Shown one piece after another: positions 10,289 through 21,114 of a DNA stretch of 64,000 nucleotides. The DNA lies in contig OZ251459.1 in NCBI GenBank assembly GCA_965242525.1, positions 1,280,001-1,344,000 of the forward strand, in the 5' to 3' direction. Position numbers and translations under genes: made by a program. The first letter of the stretch is position 1. The number at the start of each line of letters is the position of its first letter. A model generated the notes under the pieces. It saw only the letters and a program-made list of their open reading frames with translations, did not search any database and was not told the DNA's origin. The DNA is from an uncultured Candidatus Binatia bacterium (lineage in GTDB: Bacteria; Desulfobacterota; Binatia; UBA9968; JAJDTQ01).

Positions 10289-10404
10289 GTGGGAAGCCTT
10301 GGTCGAAGCCCACGATTCTTGGTCGGAGTGGATGCGTTCCTCGGACCGGTTCCGCTTGGCCCCTACGTAGCCGACATTGCCACCCCGAGTCAAAACCCGC
10401 GGGG

Positions 10405-10626
10405 CCCGTCAAGGTCGATATCGTGGTGTTCGGAGGCGTTCCGCTGAACCTGTCGCTGGGCTACGACGGACTCGAGGAGACCATGCGCAAGACCGAGGAC
10501 GAGATCGGCGTTCCGGTCACCTCCAGCATCACCGCGCAGGTGAACGCGCTGAGGGCCCTGGGAGCCGGAAAGCTCATACTCGTCCACCCCTTCTCCGACC
10601 CCGAGGGGTTCCACGCGGAATACGTG
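10405..10626 (+). pseudogene. Internal fragment of a maleate cis-trans isomerase / Asp-Glu racemase family gene
   Basis: VDIVVFGGVP...EIGVPVTSSITAQVNALRALGAGKLILVHPF resembles the family core; no N-terminus, and similarity stops at the 3' end of the opposing gene. Confidence 0.6.
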
Positions 10627-10644
10627 ATTCCATGCCCCGTTCGT

Positions 10645-12687
10645 TCAGAGGTCTATTTCTACTGTCCAGGGGCGCAAGGGTCGGCGGTTCTGTCCCGTCC
10701 TGATGCGGGAGATGGGATAATCGGGGAGTGGAAGGACAGCGATACACTTGCCTTCGAACAGCATGGAGTACGCATAGGTATAGACGCTGGGATCGTCCGA
10801 GGATGCGTACCGTTTGTGCTGTGCGAGCGAGCCCTCCGGGTCTTCCGGGGTCACGTACGCGAAGATCCCGCGCGGTCTCATGTCTTCCCGGCCGCAGGGA
10901 TCCTTGACGAAGACCAGCGCGTCGTCACCGAGATAGACGTCGAAGTAGGAGCGTGCTACGGGGTCTCCGGCGGACACCACCCGTCGGTACACGGTCCGAT
11001 ACAACTCCATCAGGTCGTCGATGCCTGCGGAATCATACAGGAACACCTGCCGGTTCCCGGGCGTGAGCAGGGCGTCGCTCTCCACGCGGTCGTAGGTGAC
11101 GATGAAATCCGCGGCGCGGGCGATGGCTTCCATGTCGGGGTCGCGCATCAGGATGCTCCCGGTCAGGTAGTATGTCCATCCGTGGGACACGTGGGGCACC
11201 CATGTGGCCTGCGCGAACGGTTCCGGGTTCACGGACTCGAGGATCATGACCGCCTTTCCCCGAGTGGTTTCGCGGATGGCCCCGAGTTCGGCCATGGCGC
11301 TCTGTTGGAGCTCGGCCGCATGGGCATCGGGACCCCATTGTCGATCCATCCGGAAGGCGGAGACGGCGAAGGCAAGCAGGGCCGCAGCGGCAAAGGCGGC
11401 TACCGGACCATGTCCCCATCGCTCGTGGACGTACAGCAGGAGCAGTGAGTAGAACACCAGCGGGACGCCCAGGTAGAACAGGGCCTCGTGGTTGAACCCG
11501 GCGTTGTGGCGCATGGGCAGGGCCCAGCAGAACCCGGACAGGGCAAGGGCGGCCAGCAGGAGGCGTTGCCGCCCTTCCAGCAACGGCCCCGCAAGCCGAA
11601 CGAGGGCCGCGGCTGCTCCCACGGCCGTCAGCAAGGCCAGGATGTATGCCAACGCTCGCGGCCCGGAGACCTCCGGGGCCGCGAAGTAGAGAGAGGGAAA
11701 CCACTCCAGCAGACCGGCTCCCCAGTCGCTCAGCACGAAGGGAACGGAGGCCACGCAGACGCGAAAGAACTGCTGTTGCAGGAAGCGCAGCCACCACCCG
11801 AAAGAGGCGGAGTCCTGGTCCAGTCCGGTGCGCCTGAGCATGGACTGGAACGACTGCAGTTCGGTCACCGGGGTCTCGCCCCGGGAGGCGGCGTACTCGT
11901 TGGCGAAGTTGAAGCTCAGGAGGGCCGCGCCGAACAGCAGCGCGGCCAAGCCAAGGACCGTGTAGCGGCTGCGCAGCACTGCGGCTGCGGCGGAGCGCAG
12001 CCGCGGCGCAGTTCCCTGCTTCCATGTCCGGACCGTCTCGCGGGCCAGCCCGAGGATGAGGAAGGGCAGCAGGAAGGCGTACACGTGCCAACCCAGGAGC
12101 AGCGCCACGCCGGTCTTGGCGAGCAACTGGGGGAAGCGTCCCTCCTGTACGAATACGGTCATGCCGTGGAAGGCCAGCATGACCGCGAACAGGTCCACGC
12201 TGCCCTCGGTGGTGACTGCGTCGCCGTAGAACAGCATGTAGTAGGAGGAGAAGGCCATGAGGGTGGCGGCCAGTGCGACCCAGGGGCGGGAGGTGATGCG
12301 CGCGAGGGAGCGGAAGGCGAGGACCGCGGCGGCGCTGAACAGGAGGAGCATGAGGATGCGGGCGGCGAGGATCTTTGCGGAGAGGTCGTTTCCGAAGGGG
12401 AGGATGGCGAGTTTGACGAGAGCGTAACCGCCGACGGGAAAGCGGCTGTACGTCTGGTACGTGGGAGCGCCGTCCAATCCCTGGTACCGCGCCCGGAACA
12501 ATCGGAAATGGTGGTCGGGCGACAGGTTCTCGGCCATCCCCATGTTCTTCAGGGTATCCAGGTCATGGGCGCCGGGACGATAGAAGGATCCCTTGTCCGC
12601 GCTGTACAGGAACAACGTGGACAGTGCGAGCAACAGCAACAGCAGGGGGAGGCGTTGGGGCTGGAAATCCGGGGGAGGGGGGGGCAT
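10645..12687 (-). CDS. Polytopic GT-C-like membrane protein, paralog of 1187-3352
   Basis: Shared blocks AENLSPDHHFRLFRAR, YSRFPVGGYAL, ELGAIRETTRGK, DRVESDALLTPGN, FEGKC...LPDYPIS.IRTGQ. Confidence 0.75.
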   Translation of the reverse strand: MPPPPPDFQPQRLPLLLLLLALSTLFLYSADKGSFYRPGAHDLDTLKNMGMAENLSPDHHFRLFRARYQGLDGAPTYQTYSRFPVGGYALVKLAILPFGNDLSAKILAARILMLLLFSAAAVLAFRSLARITSRPWVALAATLMAFSSYYMLFYGDAVTTEGSVDLFAVMLAFHGMTVFVQEGRFPQLLAKTGVALLLGWHVYAFLLPFLILGLARETVRTWKQGTAPRLRSAAAAVLRSRYTVLGLAALLFGAALLSFNFANEYAASRGETPVTELQSFQSMLRRTGLDQDSASFGWWLRFLQQQFFRVCVASVPFVLSDWGAGLLEWFPSLYFAAPEVSGPRALAYILALLTAVGAAAALVRLAGPLLEGRQRLLLAALALSGFCWALPMRHNAGFNHEALFYLGVPLVFYSLLLLYVHERWGHGPVAAFAAAALLAFAVSAFRMDRQWGPDAHAAELQQSAMAELGAIRETTRGKAVMILESVNPEPFAQATWVPHVSHGWTYYLTGSILMRDPDMEAIARAADFIVTYDRVESDALLTPGNRQVFLYDSAGIDDLMELYRTVYRRVVSAGDPVARSYFDVYLGDDALVFVKDPCGREDMRPRGIFAYVTPEDPEGSLAQHKRYASSDDPSVYTYAYSMLFEGKCIAVLPLPDYPISRIRTGQNRRPLRPWTVEIDL

Positions 12688-12765
12688 GTTTCTTCGGACA
12701 GGGATGCAGGAAGGGCCGGAGCGCCAAGCCCCGGCCCTTCCTCTGCTGCTACCGGCGTCGAAGCG

Positions 12766-14253
12766 CTATGCTTCGATCACGTGCCGCCACTTGGAGAAGA
12801 CCTTCTCCTTCAACTCGGGCGTGGACTCGGCCACCGGCGGAAAGTCCTTCATCCACTCGAAGGGCCGGGTGGCGTCGATGATGGCGCGGGAGTTGAAGCC
12901 CTTCTTGCCCGGGGGGATGCGCGGGTCCAGGGGTCCGCTCCAGCAGCGCCGCAGGATGTCGATGGAGTCCACGGGGTCGGAGCGCGTGGCCAGGGCCCAG
13001 AGCACGTCGAAGGTCTTGGTGGGGTCGATGTCGTCGTCCACCACGATGACGTAGCGTCCCAGGTACGCCCCGGCGTGCACCTGCGAGGCAACCATGCCGG
13101 CCTGGCGCGCGTGGCCGGGGTAGCGCTGCTTGATGGAGATGATGTTCAGCAGCCGTCCGCCCCCGGCCTCGTGGCACCAGACCCCCTTCACGTCCGGCAC
13201 CCCGGCCTTCTCCACCTGGTCCCAGATGAGGGACGCCTTCACCATGCACTTGGCGATGGAGTAGTCCGAAGGAGGCCGTCCGGGCCGGGCCGCGGTGAGG
13301 ATCGGGGCGTTGCGGTGGTAGATCCGCTGCACCCGGATCAGCGGCTCCGGGCGGGTGTTGCTGGCGTAGTACCCGGTCCATTCGCCGAACGGCCCTTCCG
13401 TGGCCCGTTCGTCCGGGTCCATGTAACCCTCGATGACGATCTCCGCATGGGCGGGGAACGGCAGCCCGGTCACCTGCCCCTGGATGACGTCGATGGGGCA
13501 GCCCTTGAGCCCGCCCGCGTAGTCGTATTCCGACACGCCGTAGTCCACCTCGTTGCCGGACACCATGAAGAGCACCGGGTCCTGGCCCACGCAGACGATG
13601 ACCGGACACTTCTCGCCCCGGTCGAACCACTTGTCGCGCTGGATGCGGCCGTGCTTGCCGGGCGAGATATAGACGTTCATGCTCTTCTCGTCCTGGACCA
13701 TGCCGCGGTACGTGCCGAAGTTGACCCATCCCTCGTCCGGGTCCCGGGTCACCACGAGACAGCCGGTGCCGATGTAGCGCCCGCCGTCCATCTCGTGGAC
13801 GAAGGGCACCGGGAACTTCAGCAGGTTGATGTCGTCGCCGGTCAGCACGTTCTCCATCACCGGCCCGGTCTCCACCACCCGGTGCGGGATCGGCTTGTGG
13901 ACCGAGATCTTTTCGCGGGTGGCCCGCACCAGGTCCAGGTCGGTGAGGTCGAGGGGCAGGCCCAGGGCCAGCGCCATGCGCTTGAACGACGCGTTCTGCG
14001 CGAACAACACCCGGTACCCCTCGGGGTAGTCCTTGATGTTGTCGTAGAGCACCGCGGGCACGGGACCCTTGCTGCCCTGGGCGATGAGCTCGGACAGGGT
14101 CCCCATCTCCAGGTTCCAGTCCACCCCATCGACTTTCTTCAGTTGCCCGAAGCTCTCCACGATCTCCAGCCATTCCCGCAGGTCGGTGTAGCTCGGGGTC
14201 CCGGCGGCCCCGGCCTCCTTCTCGACAATCCTGGTTGCTTCTAGTGCGGCCAT
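12766..14253 (-). CDS. UbiD family prFMN-dependent decarboxylase
   Basis: DGGRYIGT, NFGTYR, AEIVIEG, EGPFGEWTGYY, IVVDDDIDP, WALATRSDP; start approximate. Confidence 0.92.
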   Translation of the reverse strand: MAALEATRIVEKEAGAAGTPSYTDLREWLEIVESFGQLKKVDGVDWNLEMGTLSELIAQGSKGPVPAVLYDNIKDYPEGYRVLFAQNASFKRMALALGLPLDLTDLDLVRATREKISVHKPIPHRVVETGPVMENVLTGDDINLLKFPVPFVHEMDGGRYIGTGCLVVTRDPDEGWVNFGTYRGMVQDEKSMNVYISPGKHGRIQRDKWFDRGEKCPVIVCVGQDPVLFMVSGNEVDYGVSEYDYAGGLKGCPIDVIQGQVTGLPFPAHAEIVIEGYMDPDERATEGPFGEWTGYYASNTRPEPLIRVQRIYHRNAPILTAARPGRPPSDYSIAKCMVKASLIWDQVEKAGVPDVKGVWCHEAGGGRLLNIISIKQRYPGHARQAGMVASQVHAGAYLGRYVIVVDDDIDPTKTFDVLWALATRSDPVDSIDILRRCWSGPLDPRIPPGKKGFNSRAIIDATRPFEWMKDFPPVAESTPELKEKVFSKWRHVIEA

Positions 14254-14425
14254 ACGATACCGGCTCCTTCCTTGGATGTTGGTTCTCGTTCCGGGGCGCT
14301 CTCCCCTGCCCTGCCTATAATATCTTTCCACACGGCCCTTTTCCAGTGCATGGCCCCTCTGCCTCGGGAAGGGCGCGTCCGGGCCGCAGCCCCGGACCGG
14401 GTGGAGGGACCGCGGGGCCGGTCCG

Positions 14426-15574
14426 CTAGTCCCCCAGCATGGTGTCGTCCATGCCTTCGGTGTCGTCCGCGGGCAGGCCGTTGCAGCTTTCCGGGTCGAG
14501 CCTCAGGTAGACGTTGGCGCCCACGGGCACGGCGTTCGCGGGATGGGTGTGCACGCGGATCAGTTGCTCCCGGACACGCACCTGGCAATGGTAGGCGTCG
14601 CCCATGAACACCGCGTCGTGGAGCGTCCCCTTGAGCACGTTCTCCGTTTCCGCGGGCGCCTCGGACGCCACCGAGATGTTCTCGGGGCGCACAGAGATCA
14701 CCGCCTGGGCGCCCTTCTCCATGGGCACCGCGGGCGCGAACGCGAGCATGCCGAACTCGGTGTCGAGCCGGCTGGGATGGGAGTTGGCGCCGGCCTCCGC
14801 CACCCGTCCGTTGATGAGGTTGGTGAGGCCCAGGAACGTGGCGGTGAACTTGCGCTTGGGTTTGGCGTAGAGCTGGTGGGGGTCGCCCACCTCGATCAGC
14901 CTGCCGCCGTGCATGACCGCGATCTGGTCCGAGATGGCCAGGGCCTCGGCCTGGTCGTGGGTGACGTAGATGGTGGTGATGTTGACCCGCCGTTGCAGCG
15001 CCTTGATCTCGAAGCGCATCTGTTCCCGCAGCTTGGCGTCCAGGTTGCTGAGGGGCTCGTCCAGCAGCATGACCTTGGGTTCGTTGATGAGGGCCCTGGC
15101 GAACGCCACCCGCTGTTGCTGTCCGCCGGACAGCTTGGGGGCCGGCCGCTCTTCGAGCCCGGCTAGGCCCACGATCTTGAGGACGTCTTCCACCCGGCTG
15201 CGGATCTCCGACTTGGGGCGCCGCCGGATGGTCAGCGGATAGCCCACGTTCTCGGCCACCGTCATGTGCGGCCAGATGGCGTAGGACTGGAACACCATGC
15301 CGATGGGCCGATGGTTGGGCGGCACGTAGGCCCCGCCGCCGGAGTGGAACACGGCCTTCTCGTCGATCTCGATGACGCCGCTCTCCGGCCGCTCCAGTCC
15401 GGCCACGCAGCGGAGCGTGGTGGTCTTGCCGCAGCCGCTGGGACCCAGGAAGGTATAGAGGGAGCCCTCGGGGATGCTGAGGGACACGCCCTTGAGCACG
15501 TGGACCCGTTCGGCGCCCTCCCCGAAGTACTTCTCCAGGCTGCTGATATCGACCATGACCCTGTCTTCGCTCAC
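14426..15574 (-). CDS. ABC transporter ATP-binding protein (FbpC/PotA-like, C-terminal TOBE)
   Basis: GPSGCGKTT, LSGGQQQR, LLDEPLSNLD, THDQ; GTG start with GGGAGG RBS. Confidence 0.92.
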   Translation of the reverse strand: MSEDRVMVDISSLEKYFGEGAERVHVLKGVSLSIPEGSLYTFLGPSGCGKTTTLRCVAGLERPESGVIEIDEKAVFHSGGGAYVPPNHRPIGMVFQSYAIWPHMTVAENVGYPLTIRRRPKSEIRSRVEDVLKIVGLAGLEERPAPKLSGGQQQRVAFARALINEPKVMLLDEPLSNLDAKLREQMRFEIKALQRRVNITTIYVTHDQAEALAISDQIAVMHGGRLIEVGDPHQLYAKPKRKFTATFLGLTNLINGRVAEAGANSHPSRLDTEFGMLAFAPAVPMEKGAQAVISVRPENISVASEAPAETENVLKGTLHDAVFMGDAYHCQVRVREQLIRVHTHPANAVPVGANVYLRLDPESCNGLPADDTEGMDDTMLGD

Positions 15575-15672
15575 CGGTAACCTCCCTCGCAGACCGCGCC
15601 TGCGGGCGGGACCCTGCGGATCACGCTCGCCCGGAACCGCCGCGTCGCGCCGACATGGGAACGAGCTACCTA

Positions 15673-15682
15673 TTGCATACAA
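15673..15682. promoter_or_regulatory. Near-palindrome TTGCATACAA, candidate GntR (FadR/VanR-type) operator
   Basis: AT-rich near-palindrome, one mismatch to TTGTATACAA, in the divergent region between the ABC ATPase and the amidohydrolase/Mo-hydroxylase operon. Confidence 0.35.
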
Positions 15683-15818
15683 ACCGCGGCATTTCAACTT
15701 GGAACCCACGGACCCCCAGGGTTGATTTCGAGGCGGTTTTTTCATAACAACGGCAGTGGCGCCGGCGTTCGGGACACGGCGCCCGGACCTCGGTCCACGA
15801 ACCCGGAAGGGAGGATCC

Positions 15819-17192
15819 ATGAAGGCAGACCTGGTGATCAGGAACGGCACGGTCGTCACCCCCGAGTCCACCTTCGATGGCGGCGTGGCCATCCACGACG
15901 AGAAGTTCGTGGCCATCGGCGCCAACCATGCGCTCCCGGAGGGAGTCGAGGAGATGGACGCAAGCGGCAAGCACATCCTGCCCGGACTGATCGACGGCCA
16001 CGTCCATTTCCGCGAGCCCGGCATGACTCACAAGGAAGACTTCGGCACGGGTTCCCGCGCGGCCATTGCCGGCGGCGTCACCTTCGTGGTGGATATGCCC
16101 AACACCATCCCGCCGGTGACCCATCCGGAACAGGTGGAGGAGAAGAAGCGGCTGGCCGAGGAGAAATCGCTGGTGGACTTCGCGCTCCTGGGGGTGGTGG
16201 TGCAGACCAACGCGGACCAGATCCTGCCCATGGCCCGGGCCGGCGCGGTGGGCTACAAGATCTTCTTCGGCGAGACCATCGGCAACCTGCCCTTCCCCGA
16301 CGACGGGGTGTGCCAGGACGTGTTCCGGAACATCACCGAGTCCCGCCTGCCCCTGTGCATCCACGCCGAGAACCGGCAGATCATGTACCACCACCTGAAC
16401 CGCATCAAGGAGGAAGGCAAGACCGCTCCGGTGAACTGGGAAGCCACCCGCCCCTACCTGTGCGAGGCGGAATCGGTGCACCACGCCCTCTTCTTCGCCG
16501 AGGTCTTCGGCACCAAGCTCCACGTGCTGCACATGAGCTCCAAGCAGGCCGCGGCCCTGGTCCGGGACGCCAAGGCCCGGGGCATGAGGGTCACCGCGGA
16601 GACCGGCCCCCACTACCTGCTGCGCGAGCCCGGGGACATGGACACGGTGGGGCCGCTGCTCAAGATGAACCCGCCGGTGCGCACCCGGGACCACGGCGAA
16701 GCCCTGTGGGACGGCCTGCGCAACGGATACGTGGACATGATCGCCACCGACCACTCGCCCCACACCCTGGAGGAGAAAGGCGCCGACATCCACGGCAACA
16801 TGCTGAAGCCCGCCATCTGGGACTGCATCTCCGGGTTCTGCGGCGTGGAGACCGGGGTTCCCCTGATGCTCACGGAGGTCAACAAGGGGCGCATGAGCCT
16901 CAACCACTACGTCAGGGTGGCCTCGGAGAACCCCGCCAGGGTCTGGCAACTCTACCCCCGGAAAGGCGCCCTCCGGGTCGGCGCCGACGGCGACGTGACC
17001 GTCGTGGACATGGACAAGGAGGGGGCCATCGACATCACGAAGCTGCACAGCAAGAACAACCCCTCGCCGTGGCACGGCTGGAAGGTCAAGGGGATGCCCG
17101 TGGCGGCCGTGGTGCGGGGCCGCGTACAGATGCGGGACGGGGAGCCCGTGGGCCAACCCATCGGCCGCATGGTGACGCCCACGCCGGACTGA
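15819..17192 (+). CDS. Cyclic amidohydrolase (allantoinase/dihydroorotase/dihydropyrimidinase family)
   Basis: PGLIDGHVHFREPG, DMPNT, YKIF (carbamylated Lys), HAEN, KMNPPVR, ATDHSPH; GGGAGG RBS. Confidence 0.9.
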   Translation: MKADLVIRNGTVVTPESTFDGGVAIHDEKFVAIGANHALPEGVEEMDASGKHILPGLIDGHVHFREPGMTHKEDFGTGSRAAIAGGVTFVVDMPNTIPPVTHPEQVEEKKRLAEEKSLVDFALLGVVVQTNADQILPMARAGAVGYKIFFGETIGNLPFPDDGVCQDVFRNITESRLPLCIHAENRQIMYHHLNRIKEEGKTAPVNWEATRPYLCEAESVHHALFFAEVFGTKLHVLHMSSKQAAALVRDAKARGMRVTAETGPHYLLREPGDMDTVGPLLKMNPPVRTRDHGEALWDGLRNGYVDMIATDHSPHTLEEKGADIHGNMLKPAIWDCISGFCGVETGVPLMLTEVNKGRMSLNHYVRVASENPARVWQLYPRKGALRVGADGDVTVVDMDKEGAIDITKLHSKNNPSPWHGWKVKGMPVAAVVRGRVQMRDGEPVGQPIGRMVTPTPD

Positions 17193-17195
17193 CGC

Positions 17196-18128
17196 ATGAA
17201 ACGCACCGAGCCGCTGGAATTCCATCGACCCGCGAGCCTCGCGGAAGCCACCCGGATCATGCTGGAGCGCGGACCCGGGGGCCATTTCCTCGCCGGGGGC
17301 ACCGATCTGGTCATCGCCATGAAGGAAAAGGGGCTGACGCCCCGGTACGTGGTGGACCTCAAGGGGATACCGTCGCTGTCGGGGATCCGCGAAGAGGCCG
17401 ACGGCAGCGTCGCCATCGGCGCCCTGACCACGCTGCGGGAAGTGGAGACCTCGTCCCTGGTGGCGGGACGTTACCCGTTCCTGGCCCGGAGCGCCGCGGA
17501 AGTGGGCTCCATCCAGATCCGCAACCGCGCCACCATCGGCGGCAACATGGCCAACGCCACCCCTTCCGCGGACGTGGCGCCGGCCCTGCTGGTGCTGGAC
17601 GCAAGGGCCCGGTTGGCGGGCGCGGACGGGGAGCGGGTGGTGGACCTCGGGGACTTCTTCCGCGGTCCGGGACAGACCGTGGCCGGGCCCGGCGAGGTCC
17701 TGACCGAGCTTTCGATCCCGCCCCAAGCCCCGCGCCTTGCAGGAGAGTACATCAAGTTCTCGCCCCGGGAGATGATGGACCTAGCCTACGTGGGCGTGGC
17801 GGTGGCCCTGACCCTGACGGAAACGGAGCGCAGGTGCGAGTCCGCGGCCATCGCCCTGGGGGCGGTTGCGCCCACGCCCATGCGCGCCCCCGGGGCCGAA
17901 GCGCTGCTCCGGGGCCAAGTGCTGACCGAGGATCTCGCGGAGCAGGCCGGCCGGAAAGCGGCCGAGGAATGCAGCCCCATCAGCGATGTGCGGTCGTCCG
18001 CGGAGTACCGCAGGGCCATGGTGCGGGTGAACACCCGGCGGGCGCTCCTGAACGCCGCCCTGGCCGACGGTCCGGTGGATTGGACCAGCCGGAGGGACCG
18101 GCGCTACGGACGGCCGGAGCGGGCGTGA
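17196..18128 (+). CDS. Xanthine dehydrogenase/CoxM-family FAD-binding subunit
   Basis: [30 protein letters not shown]. Confidence 0.93.
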   Translation: MKRTEPLEFHRPASLAEATRIMLERGPGGHFLAGGTDLVIAMKEKGLTPRYVVDLKGIPSLSGIREEADGSVAIGALTTLREVETSSLVAGRYPFLARSAAEVGSIQIRNRATIGGNMANATPSADVAPALLVLDARARLAGADGERVVDLGDFFRGPGQTVAGPGEVLTELSIPPQAPRLAGEYIKFSPREMMDLAYVGVAVALTLTETERRCESAAIALGAVAPTPMRAPGAEALLRGQVLTEDLAEQAGRKAAEECSPISDVRSSAEYRRAMVRVNTRRALLNAALADGPVDWTSRRDRRYGRPERA

Positions 18129-18189
18129 GGGTCCCTTTCCCCCGCGCCGCCGCCCTGCCCGCCCATCCCATGGAAGGAGCCTTTGGAGC

Positions 18190-18687
18190 ATGACGCAGAC
18201 CATCGAGTTCACCCTGAACGGAAAGGCCACCTCCGTGGCCGCTCCCGCGCACCGGCTGTTGCTCGACCTCTTGCGGGACGAGATCGGCCTCACCGGGACC
18301 AAGGAGGGCTGCGGCACCGGAGACTGCGGCGCCTGCACCGTCTATCTCGACGGGAAGCCGGTGAACTCGTGCCTGGTGCTGGCCGGGGAGCTCCCGGAGG
18401 CGGAGGTGGTCACGGTGGAGGGGATCGGGGAAGGCGGCGCCTACCACCCGGTCCAGGCCGCCTTCATGGCCGCGGGCGGCGCCCAGTGCGGCTACTGCAC
18501 CCCCGGCATGCTGATGATGGCCAAGGCGTTCCTGGAGGAGAACCCCGACCCCACGGACGACGAGATCCGCTTCGCCCTGTCGGGGAACCTGTGCCGCTGC
18601 ACCGGGTACGTGAAGATCGTCGAAGCGGTGCGGGACGCGGCCGCGGAGCTTCGCCGCCAGGCCGGCAAGGGACGGGGCCATGAGTGA
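18190..18687 (+). CDS. Xanthine dehydrogenase/CoxS-family 2x[2Fe-2S] subunit
   Basis: [11 protein letters not shown]...[19 protein letters not shown]. Confidence 0.95.
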   Translation: MTQTIEFTLNGKATSVAAPAHRLLLDLLRDEIGLTGTKEGCGTGDCGACTVYLDGKPVNSCLVLAGELPEAEVVTVEGIGEGGAYHPVQAAFMAAGGAQCGYCTPGMLMMAKAFLEENPDPTDDEIRFALSGNLCRCTGYVKIVEAVRDAAAELRRQAGKGRGHE

Positions 18688-20971
18688 CCTCAAGGTGGTG
18701 GGCCATCCGGTGACGCGGGTGGACGTGGACGACAAGGTCACCGGCGCGGCCATCTACGGGTACGACCTGGCGCTGCCGGACATGCTCCACGGCAAGGTCC
18801 TGTTCAGCACCCGGCCCCATGCGCGCATCGTCAGGCTGGACCTGGAGAAGGCGCGCCGGCACCCGGGGGTGGCGGCCGCCATCTCCGGCGCCGACGCCCC
18901 GTGGACCCACGGCGAGTCCGTCAAGGACAAACCCTTCCTGGCCCAGGGCAAGGTCCGCTACGTGGGCGAGCCGGTGGCCGCGGTGGCCGCGGTGGACGAG
19001 GACACGGCCCAGGCGGCCCTGAAACTCATCGAGGTGGAGTACGAGGACTTGCCCGCCTATTTCACCCCCGAGGAGGCGTGCCGACCCGGCGCCGCGGCCA
19101 TCCACGAGGAGTTCGAGAGCTACCGCAAGGCCGATTTCATCGTGGGCGCGCCCATGCCCAACGTGTGCGAGCACTTCAAGCTGCGCACCGGGGACACGGA
19201 CGAGGGGTTCCGCAAGTCCGACTTGGTGCTGGAGGAGACCTACTACGTGCCGGTGATCCAGCACGCGGCCATGGAGCCCCATTCGGCCCACGCCCGGGTG
19301 GATCCCGAGACCGGACGGGTGACCGTGTGGGTGGCCAACGACGCGCCGTTCCGGGCCCTGACCGAGGTGGCCGAGGCCCTGGGGCTGCCGCAGGAGAAGA
19401 TCCGGCTCATCAACCCGTTGCAAGGGGGCGGCTTCGGCTCCAAGGGCGGTCTCAAGCTGGAGCCCATCGCCATGGGGCTGGCGTTCCACACCCGAGGCCG
19501 CCCGGTGCGGGTGAAGTTCAACCGGGAGGAGACCTTCGTCTCGACCCTGGTGCGCCACGAGGCCACGGTGCGGGTCAAGAGCGGGGTGCGGAAGGACGGC
19601 GCGCTGGTGGCCCGCCGCATGACCCTCTACTGGGGCGGCGGCGCCTACGCCGAGAAGAGCCCCACCGTGTGCATACGCGGCAGCCTGCCGGCCCCGGGCC
19701 CCTACCGCATCCCCCACGTCCGGGTGGACGGCTACGCGGTCTATACCAACAAGCCCGTGGCCGGGGCCTTCCGCGGCTACGGCATCCCCCAGGGGGCCTG
19801 GGCCACGGAGCAGCACATGGACGAGATCGCCCGGAGGCTCGGCATGGACCCCCTGGAGCTCCGGCTGAAGAACGTCTTCGTGGACGGCGACACCGCCTAC
19901 TGGGGCGAGCAGCTCCACAGCGTGGGGCTCACCGAGACCCTCACCCGGGCCGCGGCCGCCATCGACTGGGGCAAGCCCCGGGCCGCCGGAGTGGGACGGG
20001 GGCTGGCCTGCATCTCCAAGCCCACCCGCTCCCCCACCACTTCCCGGGCCGGGGTGCTGCTGGACGCCAACAGCCGGGTGACGGTGCTGGCGGGCACGGT
20101 GGAGATCGGCCAGGGGAGCAGCACGATCCTTTCGCAGGTGGCCGCGGAAGAGTTGCGCATACCCATCGAGCAGGTGCGGGTGGCGCCGCTGGACACCGAC
20201 GTCATCCCCTTCGACGCCTCCACCACTTCCAGCCGCAGCACCTACCACATGGGCAACGCCGTGCGCAGGGCCGCGGTCCACGCCCGGGACCGGCTCCTGG
20301 AGATGGCGGGGCCGGTGCTCGAAGGACGCAAGGAAGAGCTGGTGCTGGCCGACGGCAAGGTGCACCTACGGGACCACGAGGAGATGGCCCTGACCTTCGG
20401 CGAGGTCGTCCGGCGCACCCTCGGGGGCGGCGAGGTCCTGCGCGGAGACGGCTCCTACACCTACGAGATCGGCAAGGACCTGGACCTGGAGACCGGCCAC
20501 AGCGACCACGCGTCGGCCTTCTACATGTACGCCACCCAGGCCGCGGAGGCGTCGGTGGACCAGGAGACCGGCAGGGTCCGGCTGCACCGGGTGTCAGCGG
20601 CCCACGACGTGGGCAAGGCCATCAACCCCCTCAACTGCGCCGCCCAGATCGAAGGAGGAGTGGCCATGGGCATCGGGGCGGCGCTCCACGAGAACCTGGT
20701 CATCGACCAGGACGGCAAGGTGCGGAACCCCTCGTTCCTGGACTACCACCTGGTGACGTCCCTGGACATGCCCGAGGTCATCCCCATCGTGGTGGAGTGC
20801 GCCGAGCCCGAAGGCCCCTACGGCGCCAAGGGGCTGGGCGAGCCCGGGCTCGCCCCCACCCCCGCGGCCATCGGCAACGCGGTGGCGGACGCCATCGGGT
20901 CGCGCATCCGCGACCTGCCGCTGACCCCGGAACGGGTGTTCCGGGCGTTGGAGGACCGGGGCGGGAAGTAG
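18680..20971 (+). CDS. Xanthine dehydrogenase-family molybdopterin-binding large subunit
   Basis: [36 protein letters not shown]. Confidence 0.93.
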   Translation: MSDLKVVGHPVTRVDVDDKVTGAAIYGYDLALPDMLHGKVLFSTRPHARIVRLDLEKARRHPGVAAAISGADAPWTHGESVKDKPFLAQGKVRYVGEPVAAVAAVDEDTAQAALKLIEVEYEDLPAYFTPEEACRPGAAAIHEEFESYRKADFIVGAPMPNVCEHFKLRTGDTDEGFRKSDLVLEETYYVPVIQHAAMEPHSAHARVDPETGRVTVWVANDAPFRALTEVAEALGLPQEKIRLINPLQGGGFGSKGGLKLEPIAMGLAFHTRGRPVRVKFNREETFVSTLVRHEATVRVKSGVRKDGALVARRMTLYWGGGAYAEKSPTVCIRGSLPAPGPYRIPHVRVDGYAVYTNKPVAGAFRGYGIPQGAWATEQHMDEIARRLGMDPLELRLKNVFVDGDTAYWGEQLHSVGLTETLTRAAAAIDWGKPRAAGVGRGLACISKPTRSPTTSRAGVLLDANSRVTVLAGTVEIGQGSSTILSQVAAEELRIPIEQVRVAPLDTDVIPFDASTTSSRSTYHMGNAVRRAAVHARDRLLEMAGPVLEGRKEELVLADGKVHLRDHEEMALTFGEVVRRTLGGGEVLRGDGSYTYEIGKDLDLETGHSDHASAFYMYATQAAEASVDQETGRVRLHRVSAAHDVGKAINPLNCAAQIEGGVAMGIGAALHENLVIDQDGKVRNPSFLDYHLVTSLDMPEVIPIVVECAEPEGPYGAKGLGEPGLAPTPAAIGNAVADAIGSRIRDLPLTPERVFRALEDRGGK

Positions 20972-21114
20972 GCCCGGGGCGTCGGACACGGAGGACCCGC
21001 ACGAGACCGGGCCGGCCGTAGCGCGTCTCGACGGGGCAACGCCGAGTCCGGCCCGCCCATGGAGACGATGGCGGCCCTCCCCGGCCCCAAGGGGGACCCG
21101 CTCGGAAGCAGCGC

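Noticed and set aside
18680-20971. Aerobic CO dehydrogenase (coxMSL order)
   Set aside because: The active-site loop is AFRGYG, lacking AYxCSFR/AYRGAGR
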